DNA of 64,000 nt from Trypanosoma brucei (lineage: Eukaryota). The first letter of the stretch is position 1, and the number at the start of each line of letters is the position of its first letter. A program made the translations under genes and the position numbers. Under the pieces are notes generated by a model, which saw only the letters and a program-made list of their open reading frames with translations, was not told where the DNA came from and made no database searches. Positions 1 to 11,950 of this stretch are shown here, one piece after another. The stretch spans positions 1-64,000 of the forward strand of contig CP000071.1 in the NCBI GenBank assembly GCA_000002445.1, in the 5' to 3' direction.

Positions 1-1327
1 GATCAACCGAAACAGACAACAGCTGGCGGCGGATATCGCTAGTATGGAATTAGCGGCGGCGGCAGAACCAGACCCACCAAAGAAGCTAGGATACAAGGCG
101 CTCCAGACGATGCTTCAACTAAAAAAAGCCGATTACGACAGTTCCATCACACCGGCAGAGGAAAAACTCAAAACCGTCACAACAGTACTAGCAGCTCGCA
201 AGCAACAGGTCATTACAGCGATGTCGATACAGCCGTCAGCGGCATTCGAAAAAACAAAAGCAGTACACGACGCAACAGCATCAGGCTTCACGTCCGGCGG
301 CAGCGACGCGTCGTGCACAGTAAGTTTCAGGGCAAAGCCCACAACTCACAGCAAATGCAGCTACAAGCAGACACCGTCCGAGCACGTGCACAAAGCGCCA
401 ACGGAGCTGACAAAAGCTAACTCGCTGAAACTAGCGCCCGACACAACGTTCACCCCGGTGCAAGCAACTGCCAAAGCCCTGGCCGGGGGCACGCTTAGAT
501 CTGCAACGACAACGACGGCGGCAGACAAGGACTGCGCGGGAAGCAGTGGAGAAAACCGGGGTGCGGGATCAAACAGAATGGGAGTAGACCTCGGCCTGGA
601 AAGCGCAACCTACGCGAAAGTGGCGACGATAACCATATACCAAAACAGCGACCCGAGCAGCGGCTGCAGAAGCGAGGAGCCAAAAAACAACGATGGCCTA
701 ATAACGGCGGAGATATTAGCCCACGCTGTTTGCTTAGCCAAAGGAATCACGGTGCCGCCGGCCTACAGCTTGCAAGGCAAGTCAGCCGACGACCTAAAAA
801 ACGACGAGGACATGCTTACAGCGATGGCATAGTTGTACGCCAAAGCACCCGGAACGCTAAAGGTAACTGAGTTAGCCCAGAAGATCGAACTACAAAACAC
901 CGTATTAGCTATCTTCGGCCCAGACAACAAGAAACTTGCTGATGATTTCCTAAAGTCACTAAAAGAAAATGAAATTTCCTATAAAGTCGGTGGACAAACC
1001 AAACAGGGGCGTATCAATAATATCGCTGGCAAAAGAGAAGGAACTGAGGCCATTGCATATTTTTACGGTATCGCGTTCCACGAAAATGCTGCTGAAGACG
1101 AGCGTGAAGACAAAAAGAAAATAGATTCAAAATCAACAGAAAAGTGCAAGGAAGACACCGAAAAAGATAAATGCCAAGAGGATAAAGATTGCGAGCACAA
1201 AGGCGGAAAATGCAAACTTAAAGATGGTGTAAAAGCTGAAAAAGCAGCAACAAACACAAACACCACAGGAAGCAATTCTTTTGTCATTCATAAGGCCCCT
1301 CTTTGGCTTGCGTTTCTGCGTTTCTAA
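1..1327 (+). pseudogene. VSG pseudogene, 5'-truncated by the window edge. N-terminal-domain ORF (44..832) and C-terminal domain plus GPI signal (833..1327) are in the same frame, separated by one in-frame TAG at 830-832
   Basis: C-terminal Cys-rich domain (KCKEDTEKDKCQEDKDCEHKGGKCK) and canonical VSG GPI-signal tail GSNSFVIHKAPLWLAFLRF. Both ORFs are in frame 2. VSG-type 3'UTR follows. Confidence 0.8.
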
Positions 1328-1591
1328 TTTATGAAATTTTCCCCCTCTTTTTCTTAAAGAATTTTTGCTAAAATTTTATGAAATTCATGAAAATATGCCA
1401 TTTTGAGAACAGTTATTAAAATTTTCGAATAATTTATTTCAACACTTATTTAATGTAAACATAATAGTTAATCAAGTATGGAAAAATTTTTAATCGAAGC
1501 AACCTACGGTTGCAAGGTATTATGGTAATAGCGTATTGAAAATAAGTTCTATTTTGATTTGTGTTATTTTAATTATTTTACGGACATTAGT

Positions 1592-1715
1592 TATAATAAT
1601 AATAATGGCATTTTGAGTGTGTACATATGAATATTATAATGAGAGCAGTAATAATAATAATTATTATTATGATAGGAGAGTGTTGTGAGTGTGTATATAC
1701 GAATATTATAAGCAC
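1592..1715 (+). repeat. 70-bp repeat block (about 2 units) upstream of the next VSG
   Basis: (TAA)n/(TTA)n runs followed by GATAGGAGAGTGTTGTGAGTGTGTATATACGAATATTATAA, the T. brucei 70-bp repeat core. Confidence 0.85.
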
Positions 1716-3246
1716 AATGGTCGTTATGGAAAATGACTAGCCAAAATAGAAGCATTTGCAAATATTTCAAGTGTGCATTTAAAGTAAGTGAATGGAACAG
1801 TGAGTGAAAAAGGACAGGGGATATTATGAAAGGAATAGAGGAAAGAAAATGATAGTGGCCTGTAAAGATAAAAGATGGAATATGCATAGTTTGAAAAGAA
1901 AATAATGGCGCATTGTATTACTATACACAAGGAGATGATGGGGTGGGGAATGAGAAAGCCTCAGGCTGCAGTGTGCATTCCATGTGGGGCCGTAATGCTA
2001 TCAGCGGTATTAAAACCAGCAGAGACCACTGAAAAAGGCGAAAGGAAAAGGAACAGGTCATTGATAAGAAACCGCGCATTGGATACAGTGTAGGAGCTTC
2101 ATGAGGTAAAAAAATTTTGTAATGATACATTACGACCTCCACATTGTTTCAAAAGCCAAACACTAAAACCGTTTAATGAACGCACAATTCATATAAGATT
2201 ACAAACTGACGCGACGCTGATTGAGCGCATCAACAAACTTCAAAGCAAAAGATGACAGCCATGGCCGCATCTACTATCCAAGGGGGGAAATAGCCAGACA
2301 GCAAAACAAGATAGAGGTGTAAAATACTCAAGACAGTACGCACGACAAAAACATCAACGTTATGTTGTCATTAAAGGTGCGAAAAATCAATAGGCATTGG
2401 CAAACACTAAAAGTAGACAAATATAATAGATCCTAAAGTGTTTTGGGTATGCAAAGTTCTTTATTTGTTTATAGAAAGGGAACATCCTTCTGTTGAAAAT
2501 TCGCGAATTCTATAAATTGACAGGTACAGAACTGGATTTACTTGTTCAAAGTTTTTGCCGTTGAGGATGCAGTGTCAAAGCCAATTCTCCTAACGAAAGG
2601 GCTCAGTTTAAGCCGCAAAAGCAGCAAGCGACTAAAACAAACGTGATGGAAGCCACAGAGAATTTTAAGGGACAGTCAGCAAAAACTCGACATATCCTGT
2701 ACGGACCAATGCCAGTAGCAGAAACGCCAGAACAGCCATAAACACCGGCAAAACCCAGAAAACTTAAAAGTAAAGCAACTACAGTAATTATAGTAAAAGC
2801 AAAAATACCGTGGAAGGTGGAGGCATAGACGCTCTCTAAAACCAGAAACCGAGAACTATCAGACAGATTTACAGAGAAATAGTTAAGAGCATCACAGAAG
2901 CGACAGACAAAAATTGTGTTCATTGTTCCTTCAAACAAAGTAGCCAAAAGAGCAGTAACATCAGACCACCCAATGAACAGATATAAACAGAACCAAGGAG
3001 TTCACCACTAATATAAAAAAGTGGCTCATCAGACACTTCCAAATACAGCAGCAACCCACGGGACCGGAGTCGTAGCAGATAGAAAATTCCTGAGGTTGAC
3101 AAACGGATAACTAAGTAAACAAAAAATTACCATTAAACTCAACTACTCCAGCATGGCCGCTATTACAGAATGATGCCGCACCAGCTTTCTACTCAACAAC
3201 GGACAAACAACGACATTCGTCCAAACACCTTCCCGCTTAGTAGAAT

Positions 3247-4698
3247 ATGCTGCAGATGTTAATAGTCGTATTTATAGCAGCAGCGGTTCTCAGCACGGAA
3301 ACCGAAGCCAGCGCAGACGCAGCTGCACCCGCAATAGCTGACTCTTGCGATGAAGAACTGTACCTCACAAAGCTGAAGCGGCACATTCAGCTTCTGGCAA
3401 ACTCTTTCGAATCGACCATTAAGGAACAGCGAAGGGACAAGAAGAAATTCACAATAGCAGCGGCAGCATCAGAAAAGAAGAAAGAGAGGTGCTTACTAAA
3501 CGGGCTGGCGGCGCTTACAACAGCAGAATTGGAAGAAAATGAAAGACAGCAGGGCTCAATACGCCGAGCGGCAACGGCAGCAATAGGCGAGATAGAAAAG
3601 CAAGAGAAACTCGTAGCACGAGCAGGCCAGTTGTACCGACTAAAAACATCAATAGCCGCTGGCAACGTGCACGTGCGGTCGCCAGGCAACTCGCACGGCG
3701 TGAAATTAGTGCTAGCGACGACCGCCGAAGATGCCGACGGCTGCAGACCCCTTGACCCGGAAACAACAACACAAATAAAAGGGCAGAACATAGCGATCGC
3801 TAACTTGGTGTCGATCAAGCTCACTGACCCGGCGAAACTCGCCAAAACATTAGCAAAAGCGTATTTAAAGGCAACAGCAAGCAGCTCTTGCATCGGCGGC
3901 CCAAGCGAGGCGCCAAGCCAAAGCGCAGCGGCAGCGTTCAACTCATGCACATTCGGCAACGGCGACGCCAACCCATCGATTACCAGAACCAAGGCAACCT
4001 ATACGGAGGCAATGTCAACTGTAAATATCTTTACGTCGGGAAGCGTTAAAACTTGCCACTCAGATGTCGCAACAGCAGAGCCTGGCGCTACAGAAAACAA
4101 ACACCTAGGCAAACTACTGTGCGAAATACTAAAACACGCGTCAACACCCGTAAAAACCGAAATAAGCGGCCCAGCGGTTAGTAACAACAAGGAGCTACTT
4201 CAGGCTGTCGCGGCCTGCGATGCGAGGTACAAGGATATCGCAGATGCTACGGACCAAACCAAAAAGGGAGAACTAAAAAAATAAGTCACCGAAGCGTACG
4301 GCACGGACAATGCGAACTTCAAAAACATATTCGAAAATATAATCGATAAGAAAAACGTTCCAAGCAAAACAGGAGCAACAATGGGGACAAAAACAATCGG
4401 CCAAGTGACAACAGACACTGAAGCACAACAAATTCTAAGCCATTTGGAGCAACAAAGGTCAGCCAGAGAAGAAACAGCCAAACCAGCACCGACCCCAACA
4501 GCGGTAGATTCAAAAAAAGTAGAAGACTGCAAGGGCGAAAAAGACGAAACTAAGTGCAACAATAAGGATGGGTGTGAATTCAAAGATGGGGAGTGCAAAT
4601 CTAAAGTGACGACAACAGCAACAAGCACAACAAAAAACACCACAGCAAGCCATTCTTTTGTCATTAACAAGGCCCCTCTTTGCTTGCATTTTTTCTAA
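3247..4698 (+). pseudogene. VSG, near-intact, with a single in-frame TAA at 4282-4284 between the N-terminal domain (3247..4284) and the C-terminal domain plus GPI signal (4381..4698). A-type-like N-terminus
   Basis: Signal peptide MLQMLIVVFIAAAVLS. The two ORFs share frame 1 and the intervening codons are open. C-terminus CKGEKDETKCNNKDGCEFKDGECK...SHSFVINKAPLCLHFF. Confidence 0.85.
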
Positions 4699-4971
4699 TA
4701 GGATAAAACTTTTAGTTTTTTGCTTAAATTTTTGAAATTTATGAAACTTTGCTATTTTGGAAGAATTTGCTAGCATTTATTAAATTTGGTATACTTTAAA
4801 ACTTTTTGACAAACGCTTTCAAATTTCTGAAGACTTTTTAAAATTTTAATGTGTATGAAAGTAGAATAGGGTTATACGGCAGCAAGGTGATAGAACATAG
4901 AAAATGAGTACTGTTATCATTTGTTTTATTTTGTTTATTTTATGGATATTAGTTAGATTAATTACAGTATT

Positions 4972-5045
4972 ATCAATAATCATAATAATAATGATAATAA
5001 TAGGAAAGTTTTTTGAGTGTGTATATAAGAATATTATAATAAGGG
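4972..5045 (+). repeat. 70-bp repeat (1 unit)
   Basis: ATAATAATAATGATAATAATAGGAAAG...TGAGTGTGTATATAAGAATATTATAATAAGG. Confidence 0.8.
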
Positions 5046-5559
5046 TGGTTTGGAGACTGAATGAACAACAAAAAAGAAGCACTTAAAACAGTTGTAGTGG
5101 TACAATAAAAGTAAACACAAAGAAAAGGGAGATTGAAAGAAGAATGTCGTGATGGACAGAATGACAGAAATGGAAATGGAATATGCACAATTTCATACAT
5201 AAACAAGAATATGGCACTGTAATACACAATAATATGATAGAGGGAACAATGGTGTAAAGACAAGGCGCAGTAGACGTGGTGCTGAAGTCGCTACGTTATT
5301 CGCAGTAATAGAGCCCACTAAGGACCATAAATGTTGACGTTTTAGATTTTGATGCAGAGCGGTTTGTTTTGCAATAAATGGATAACTCATCAAAAAATTA
5401 ATATATTTGTAATGAAATCTCCAGTTTTCTTAAGTTTTCTACCTTTTTTTCTATCTGATATTTGGTAGGTATATTAGGACATGACGTTTGGTACATCAGA
5501 GCTTTACTCTTACTTTTGCTATAACATTTAGTGTGCTTAAGCTCAATATATCAAGATTG

Positions 5560-6360
5560 TGGGGCTAATATTGAAAATTATTACAATTGAGATGGGAGTT
5601 TTGTATACTCATGCTAAGAGGCCTAAATGGGTTACGTAATTTTTAGAGAAACAGAATGCAAGTTGTGAGCATATTGTAATAACTACTGATGGATCTGATG
5701 CTATTGTTGCTAACACCGAGAAAAGTATGAAACTGCTGTGGAGTATGTTAGTCATGACAACATCAGAGTGTTATGCTCCTCAGTTTGATTTGCTCATGAA
5801 CTCAGATCACTTTGATCTGCAATCGCAATGTCACTGTTTTTTTAATGTGGGCTACAGAAAAGAAGAGGATAAAAAATTACATCATTTACTAAAATCAACT
5901 CAAAGTGCTAACACCTTATCTTAGTGGTGGTGGTGATTGATAGCCAGAGTCTGGGCTTTCACAAAATTTGAATATTAATTTGGAGAGTTATAAAAGAGAA
6001 GTGAGAAACATGTTTTAGAGCAGAGTATTTACAAACCATTGCTAATATTGAGTGTTACACAGGAAGAAGCTGTTGGACAGAAATCTGTTTTGAGGAGGGA
6101 GATGGTCGGATTGGATTAAAAAGAGATATTCTTTTCGATTCCCAATAGTGGTGAAGTCGAAGAGGCTCCATTCATTCATTTTCCAGGACAGCCCATTGCG
6201 TGGGAAGAGAAGGCAAAATTAATTGTGAAAAATATTTTTTGGTTTGAAGAGTTGAAAGAAAGCAATTTAGTACAATAGATTTAAGTGCAATTGAAACTTA
6301 TGTGATTGGTGGAGAGAAGTGGAATTTTGAATATGGGAATATTCGTGAAAAAAAAACAAA
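5560..6360 (+). pseudogene. Unidentified degenerate coding fragment, copy 1 of 2 (paralogue at 39990-40860). Possibly an ESAG/GRESAG-family remnant
   Basis: About 75-80% nucleotide similarity to 39990-40860 by eye. Translations show ...MGVLYTHAKRPKWVT.../...MGGLYSHVKRPRWVMEFLERQNASDDDVVITVDGSDVIV... broken by stops. Confidence 0.45.
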
Positions 6361-7308
6361 GCAAGAAATTTGTTCAAAGCTAATAAGCTATGAAAATTCC
6401 AGAAACGAGCACAATCCATGCAGTCACTTGCTTGCAGTACATGGCTGTCTTGTTTTTCTCACAATACTAGGAAGCGGTGGACAAACCCGCAGATGACAAA
6501 CTGGCAAAGGAAGCAGTCAAAGAAGCGACGTCGATAATCTTTTGGGGCCAAAGTATATACATCGATGAGCGAACCTTTTTCAGAGATATACAAGCATGGT
6601 AGTGAAGTTTCTAGCAACAAAATAAACGGGAAGTAACAGTAAAGACAAGCACCATGCACATAAACTAAACTTAAGTAAGGTAATGCACCTGTCTTGCACA
6701 GCACTGTTGTTTCAACAGTGGGCCGACCTTGAAGCCAATCAAGCACACCGGCCAATAAAAAAACGCAAAGGCCCAATATTAACCAAGCGTGGCCACAAAA
6801 GGCGTAAAAGGAACCAGGTATTGAAGGAAATAAAGATCGCATCTCGACGACGCCCAAGCACAAACGTTGTATTTTACTCCAGAACTGCAGCCGAAGAAGA
6901 GGTTTAAACAGAAAGAACACGTTAAGAGACAGAAAGTGCAAATTTCCATGCACGAAGAGTTTTTTAAAATTGGTTACAGAAGCAACAAAGAACTCATATA
7001 TTGGTGTAATAGACTGGAAATTTATATAAATTTGATAAAAATGAATTAAAACACAAGAATCAGTAGTTTAATCACCATTAGAAATCCGGTGGTGAAACAG
7101 CATGCAAGTTTATTACCTTTTTAAAAAGAAACATCCAAAAAATAGAGCGGCTTCGACTATCTTTTTTTTTTGAAAAATCTCGCCAATAAATAAAAGGGTA
7201 AAACCAGCATAAGGTGAAGCACACGAACCATAAAACCCAAATCAGAAACAAAGCAACGAACAATCCAATTACCAGCAGCATAAGACAAAGCGGCGGCTAA
7301 AGGATAAC

Positions 7309-8886
7309 ATGTCAACAAAAAAGCATTTAGTCAGCCTTATACATGTTTACGCCGCAGCCAGCATAAAAGAAAGCAATGCAGCAGCAGGCGAGGGCAAAAA
7401 CATCCGCGAATTCCACATCTTGTGCAGTTTAGTAGAGCTGTGCAAGAAAACACCTATAAACCTACCTGGTTCTTCTCTGTTGGATGACGACGTACGAGCA
7501 ATAGAGCTGGTAAACATGAGCGGCAGTACAGACGAATGGCAAAGCCAGTTTCCGACTACAGATAAGGTCAGCGGGGAAAAAAGCATAGACTGCGAAAAGC
7601 AACCAAAACAAATCAGCTGCCATGAAAAGTACGACAAGTGGCGTGCAACGCGAAAGGCCCTCGAGGCGGAACCTAACAAAGAAATCAAACAGACACCGGC
7701 CAAGGGTATACAGAACACAGCTTACGGACGCAGAATTCATATCCAGATAAATGACATAGCAAAAGAAGCTCAAGTCATTTATAACAACTACAAAGCTGAA
7801 ACGGCGCCAGTGCTAAACGGCATCAACGACAAACTGAGAATTCATTTCGGAGATGCGCTTTATGGCAAACAGGACAGGCCACTAGCCGGCGCCCCAGCAG
7901 ACAAGTGGCAAGCGAGCGGCACACGCAATAACGACTGCAAAGGCGCCAAGGCCGGAATTTCGCCGCGCGGCGACCTCTTCTGCTTATGCGCTCAAGACAC
8001 CACCATAGCAGAACACATGTGCGGCGACACAGTAACAGCGGCAGGAAGCAACTGGCTACTCGCAACAGTGGCCCCACTCATTGACGGCATGGCTTCCAAG
8101 TGCGCAGGAAAAGCAAAACCAACAATAACCGCAAGCTACATCAGACATGCGCTGGAAACATTCGACTCAGCACTAAAGTCGCACACCCAGGGCACAAAAG
8201 ATGCAGTCGTACTGGGCACACCGCACAGCAGCGGTGTATGCGGCGGCCAAGCAAGCGTAGCCTGCGTAGACTACACGGCCGCGGTCATGCCCAAAGAACA
8301 AGGCAAACACAACGACATAAAATGGTATAACGAATTGACTGACGCATCCAAGGCGCTTGACAATTACGCGGCCGCCATGGCAGAGGAGAAGGCGGCACAA
8401 ACAAAGATACAAAAACTTAAACAGGAGGCTAACCGCTTATTCCAGACGCTAAAAGTACAAGAACCAGCAGCAATTCCACCCATTTCGCAACTACCACGAA
8501 TAGACCCCCTAGAGTTGAAGAAAAAATGCGAGCAGTTCCACAACAAGTCAAAGGAATGCACAGAAAATGGTTGCAAATGGAAAGGTACTGATGAAACAAC
8601 TGGCACATGTGATGTAGATGAGACTAAAGTTACATCTCAGACAAACGCAGCAGGGACAGGAGAAGCATCAAACGAGGAAACAGCCACATCTGGATGCGCA
8701 AAACACAAAGATAAAACTGAGTGCGATGCTGACAAAAAAGACGACAAGCAAAATTGTGCATTTAGGAAGGGTAAAGATGTTGAAGATGACAAGGATACAG
8801 AAAAGTGCCGCTCTTCTGGTTTTCTCGTCAATAATAAATTGGTTCAGAGTATAGCTGCTGTTTTTGTGAGTTTGGTACCATCTTAA
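7309..8886 (+). CDS. VSG, apparently intact (525 aa). A-type-like N-terminus, two Cys-rich C-terminal subdomains, GPI signal
   Basis: Uninterrupted ORF. Motif NIREFHILCSLVELC. C-terminal domain CEQFHNKSKECTENGCKWKG...CAKHKDKTECDADKKDDKQNCAFRKG...CRSSGFLVNNKLVQSIAAVFVSLVPS. VSG 3'UTR 16-mer downstream. Confidence 0.75.
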   Translation: MSTKKHLVSLIHVYAAASIKESNAAAGEGKNIREFHILCSLVELCKKTPINLPGSSLLDDDVRAIELVNMSGSTDEWQSQFPTTDKVSGEKSIDCEKQPKQISCHEKYDKWRATRKALEAEPNKEIKQTPAKGIQNTAYGRRIHIQINDIAKEAQVIYNNYKAETAPVLNGINDKLRIHFGDALYGKQDRPLAGAPADKWQASGTRNNDCKGAKAGISPRGDLFCLCAQDTTIAEHMCGDTVTAAGSNWLLATVAPLIDGMASKCAGKAKPTITASYIRHALETFDSALKSHTQGTKDAVVLGTPHSSGVCGGQASVACVDYTAAVMPKEQGKHNDIKWYNELTDASKALDNYAAAMAEEKAAQTKIQKLKQEANRLFQTLKVQEPAAIPPISQLPRIDPLELKKKCEQFHNKSKECTENGCKWKGTDETTGTCDVDETKVTSQTNAAGTGEASNEETATSGCAKHKDKTECDADKKDDKQNCAFRKGKDVEDDKDTEKCRSSGFLVNNKLVQSIAAVFVSLVPS

Positions 8887-8957
8887 GAATTTTAAGCATT
8901 TCAGCTCGATTCTGTGAAATTTACTATCTTGAGAAAATTTTATAAATTAACTAAATT

Positions 8958-8974
8958 TGATATATATTAACATT
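8958..8974 (+). promoter_or_regulatory. VSG 3'UTR conserved 16-mer variant (TGATATATATTAACAT)
   Basis: Matches TGATATATTTTAACAC with 2 mismatches, about 70 nt after the VSG stop. Confidence 0.5.
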
Positions 8975-9107
8975 TTTTGATGAAAATTTAAAATTAGAGA
9001 AAATGTATAAGGTAGTAACCTATGAGTAAAAAGCATTATAGATTTCAAGTATTAAAGTATAAGCACTATTCTAATTTAAAATTTACTTTTTAATTTATTG
9101 TTATTTA

Positions 9108-9165
9108 GTATAATAATGATAAGAGAGTGTTGTGAGTGTGTATATACTCTTGTAATAATAGTGGC
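9108..9165 (+). repeat. 70-bp repeat (1 unit)
   Basis: TATAATAATGATAAGAGAGTGTTGTGAGTGTGTATATACTCTTGTAATAATAGTGG. Confidence 0.8.
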
Positions 9166-10899
9166 GGCGCTGACCGAAATTTACAGCTGATGTAGCAATG
9201 CTTAAAACAATGGAAATGGTACAATGGGAGTAGCCTAGCGAGTAGTAAAGAAAAAGCAAGAGGAATGTTATGAAAGAACATGGAGACTTGGATACAGATA
9301 AGTAGCGCCACGATGTAATCTGAAAGAGGATATAATCTTCATAAGGAAAAATGAGGAGATGAAGAGCAAAAAGATATGACGTTCATTGACTGGTAATATT
9401 TATTTACTTCTTTATTCGCAGAATAAGGCATAAAAAATAATAAGACGCGCATATGAACCAACGTAAAATATAAGTGGAGTGAAGGTGATCACTTGCACCA
9501 CCACTCCAGATCCGTATTTTCCTTCCGCCTAGAAGTCAGGAGGATTAAAGGAACTGGAAATACAGATGAAAGGATGCGCCTACTCGCATATAACAACACG
9601 GCTTAGTAAATCTAAGGCACAATGGCAAGAGCTTGCACCAACACAATGCCACAGTCTAAAACACATTAACACTAATGGGAGCATAAATTAGACCACAAAC
9701 ATGAAAGAAATCAAACACTTAAAAAATACGGCAATTACTTTGTCATTTGAGCAGCTGTAATCGCATATTAAACTGAAGAAAATAGAAGCAACTAACAGCC
9801 ATAAATGTTGAAAAATTAGACAAAAAGAGGTTTAGAGTGATAGAGAACTACGTGAGACTAGGATAACATAGAACACAGGGTTATTTAATAGATAAGGGAT
9901 GACGCCTTGTTAGAATTTTATAAATAAAACTAACTTCGGAATTGAATTACAAAACAATCTGTCTATAATTAGTCTGACTTAGAGAAGAGCTTCCATATAA
10001 AAAGTGCCGACCAGTAAGTCCAGAAACCGTACCAATGGCGTGTACACAAAAGATAGAGAAAAAACAATTTATGAAGCAAAGCTAACTGCGAAATTAACTT
10101 CAGCCATAGCGCATCAACTGAAAGTGAAAAAAGAGATGAGAAATGGCGGTGATTGAAGAGCAACTGAACTTTAGTGAGCGATGGATGGCAGAAACAGCAA
10201 ACGTGGTTGCTAATGTGATACTGGGAGCTATGTTGACTTTCGAAGATATTCTAGCAGTTGTTTAAAGCGACAAGATGCTGTCATACAAGGGTATTTGACA
10301 TTTTAAAAATAGAACTTTGAGACAAAAATTGGTTTAGATTTTTTTGGCAACAGACTTAGCAAATTGACAGGCGTAATGGCAAAAATTTAGAGACCACAGC
10401 AGCACAAAAAATTAGAACTGAAAGCCATTTTGACTGAACAAACACGACCAATGCAGTACGCTAAGGCAAAACAACGTTCATTTGTCAGAACACCGGCACA
10501 ACAAGGCGATAGTATGGCATCACTGCTTGTGAAATTGACAAACAGCGGACCTTCGACCTGGAATTTCAAGATTACAAAAAACCGACAGAAATTATTACCT
10601 AAAGCAAGCCAGGAAACTAACAATCAATACCAACAAACCGGACAGAGCAGCAAAGCTAAACCAGACTCATTACGTATTGTCGATGGCCGAAACGGTTAAA
10701 CCACGGCTAAAGAACGCAAACGCTAATTTATATAACGCAGCTCGGCAACGCCATAAAACTAACCGCGATCAGACTACAAATCCGGTATTCCCAACAATAA
10801 TACAGCTTCGTTAAGCCTATAACGCCGAACCTGATGAAACGTTACCCGTTTTCTCACCAACTCATTGATTTAGTAAAAGAAAAATTATTGACAAGACTT

Positions 10900-11950
10900 C
10901 GGTACAACACAAAAAAAAACGACAGTCAGCAGCAACCCAAGCAACAGAGAAAATGCCATTTTTACCAACGATAACGCTTCTGACTGCATCCACTGTTGGC
11001 TCAGTCTCAGGAGAAAGCAACACGCAAAGGAACTGGAGAAAATAACGGATATCTGTAAGGAATACGAATACTTTTCAAAACTAGAGGATCACATGAATGG
11101 ACAGACAGCAACAACCGAAGCCGCTAGGACCTTGAAAGCCTTTACAACACGTGGACGCTGGCAGCAGCCGCAGCAGAGAACCCAAAACGGCGCTGCTTAA
11201 TACTGGGGATAGCAGCAGAAGCAAGGAGTAGAGCAAACCAAGCGGCGTTCAATACAGAAACGGCATCCAAGACCTACCAACAGGCCCTAGCCGCCATACA
11301 TCAACATAAGGGCAGGCTACACGCAATTCACGAGACGACGAAGCTGCAGATAAAGGAAGATAAGACGCCAGGAACATCGCCAAGCAGCACAGACCATGCC
11401 GCTATTTTGTTCAAACTATTACAAACTAACACATAAGCCTGCAAGATGAGCACAGAAGGCGACAGTGACTCTTTCAACGGCAATAAGCCAGACTTTGGCC
11501 AGCTAAAAAATATCAAGCTGACAACCATAGACGGCATACACAAAGCCTTCAGACCTACAACGCTTTCAATAGCAGACGCCACCAGCAGCTTCCCAAACAA
11601 CCAGCCGGTAACAGGGATACAGTCGCGGCTAGCTGGCTGTCAGAGTGCTGCAGCGACCACAACAACATATGCCTTCAGCACGCCAGAAGCAACTTCGTAA
11701 AAAAGCCAAATAACAGCAGACATCTTCGATGCAGCGACAGAAAACTCAGAATGTCATAAAACAATACGAAATCTACTAGCAAATTCAGCACCAGAAACTA
11801 AATTGCAGAAAGATCTTTGCGACGCACTGAAGCCAAAACAACCTGTGGTGCAACCATTACAAGGAAGTAGTGGCGAGAGTCCTGCAGCACTACAGAGCAT
11901 GCAACTATTCATAAGAACTTGCGACGTCCATTTACAATCAATAGAAGACT
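10900..11950 (+). pseudogene. Highly degenerate VSG N-terminal-domain fragment(s), ending at the ingi copy 1 insertion
   Basis: Stop-interrupted translations in a VSG N-domain style (...CLILGIAAEARSRANQAAFNTETASKTYQQALAAIHQHKGRLHAIHETTKLQ...). No C-terminal domain before the retroposon. Confidence 0.4.

Noticed and set aside
3387..3992. 201-aa ORF on the - strand inside VSG 3247..4698, and many similar antisense ORFs (for example 133..342, 7347..7773, 19533..19970, 24394..25026, 33840..34445, 34517..34972, 37858..38385, 44275..45009, 47090..47704)
   Set aside because: They lie antisense to recognisable VSG coding sequence whose codon composition (Ala/Thr/Lys-rich, GC-rich third positions) keeps the opposite strand open by chance. 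No independent domain signatures were seen.
6459..6953. 164-aa - strand ORF in the spacer upstream of VSG 7309
   Set aside because: Hydrophobic, low-complexity translation of an A/G-rich + strand region. It has no recognisable motif and no flanking gene-like context.
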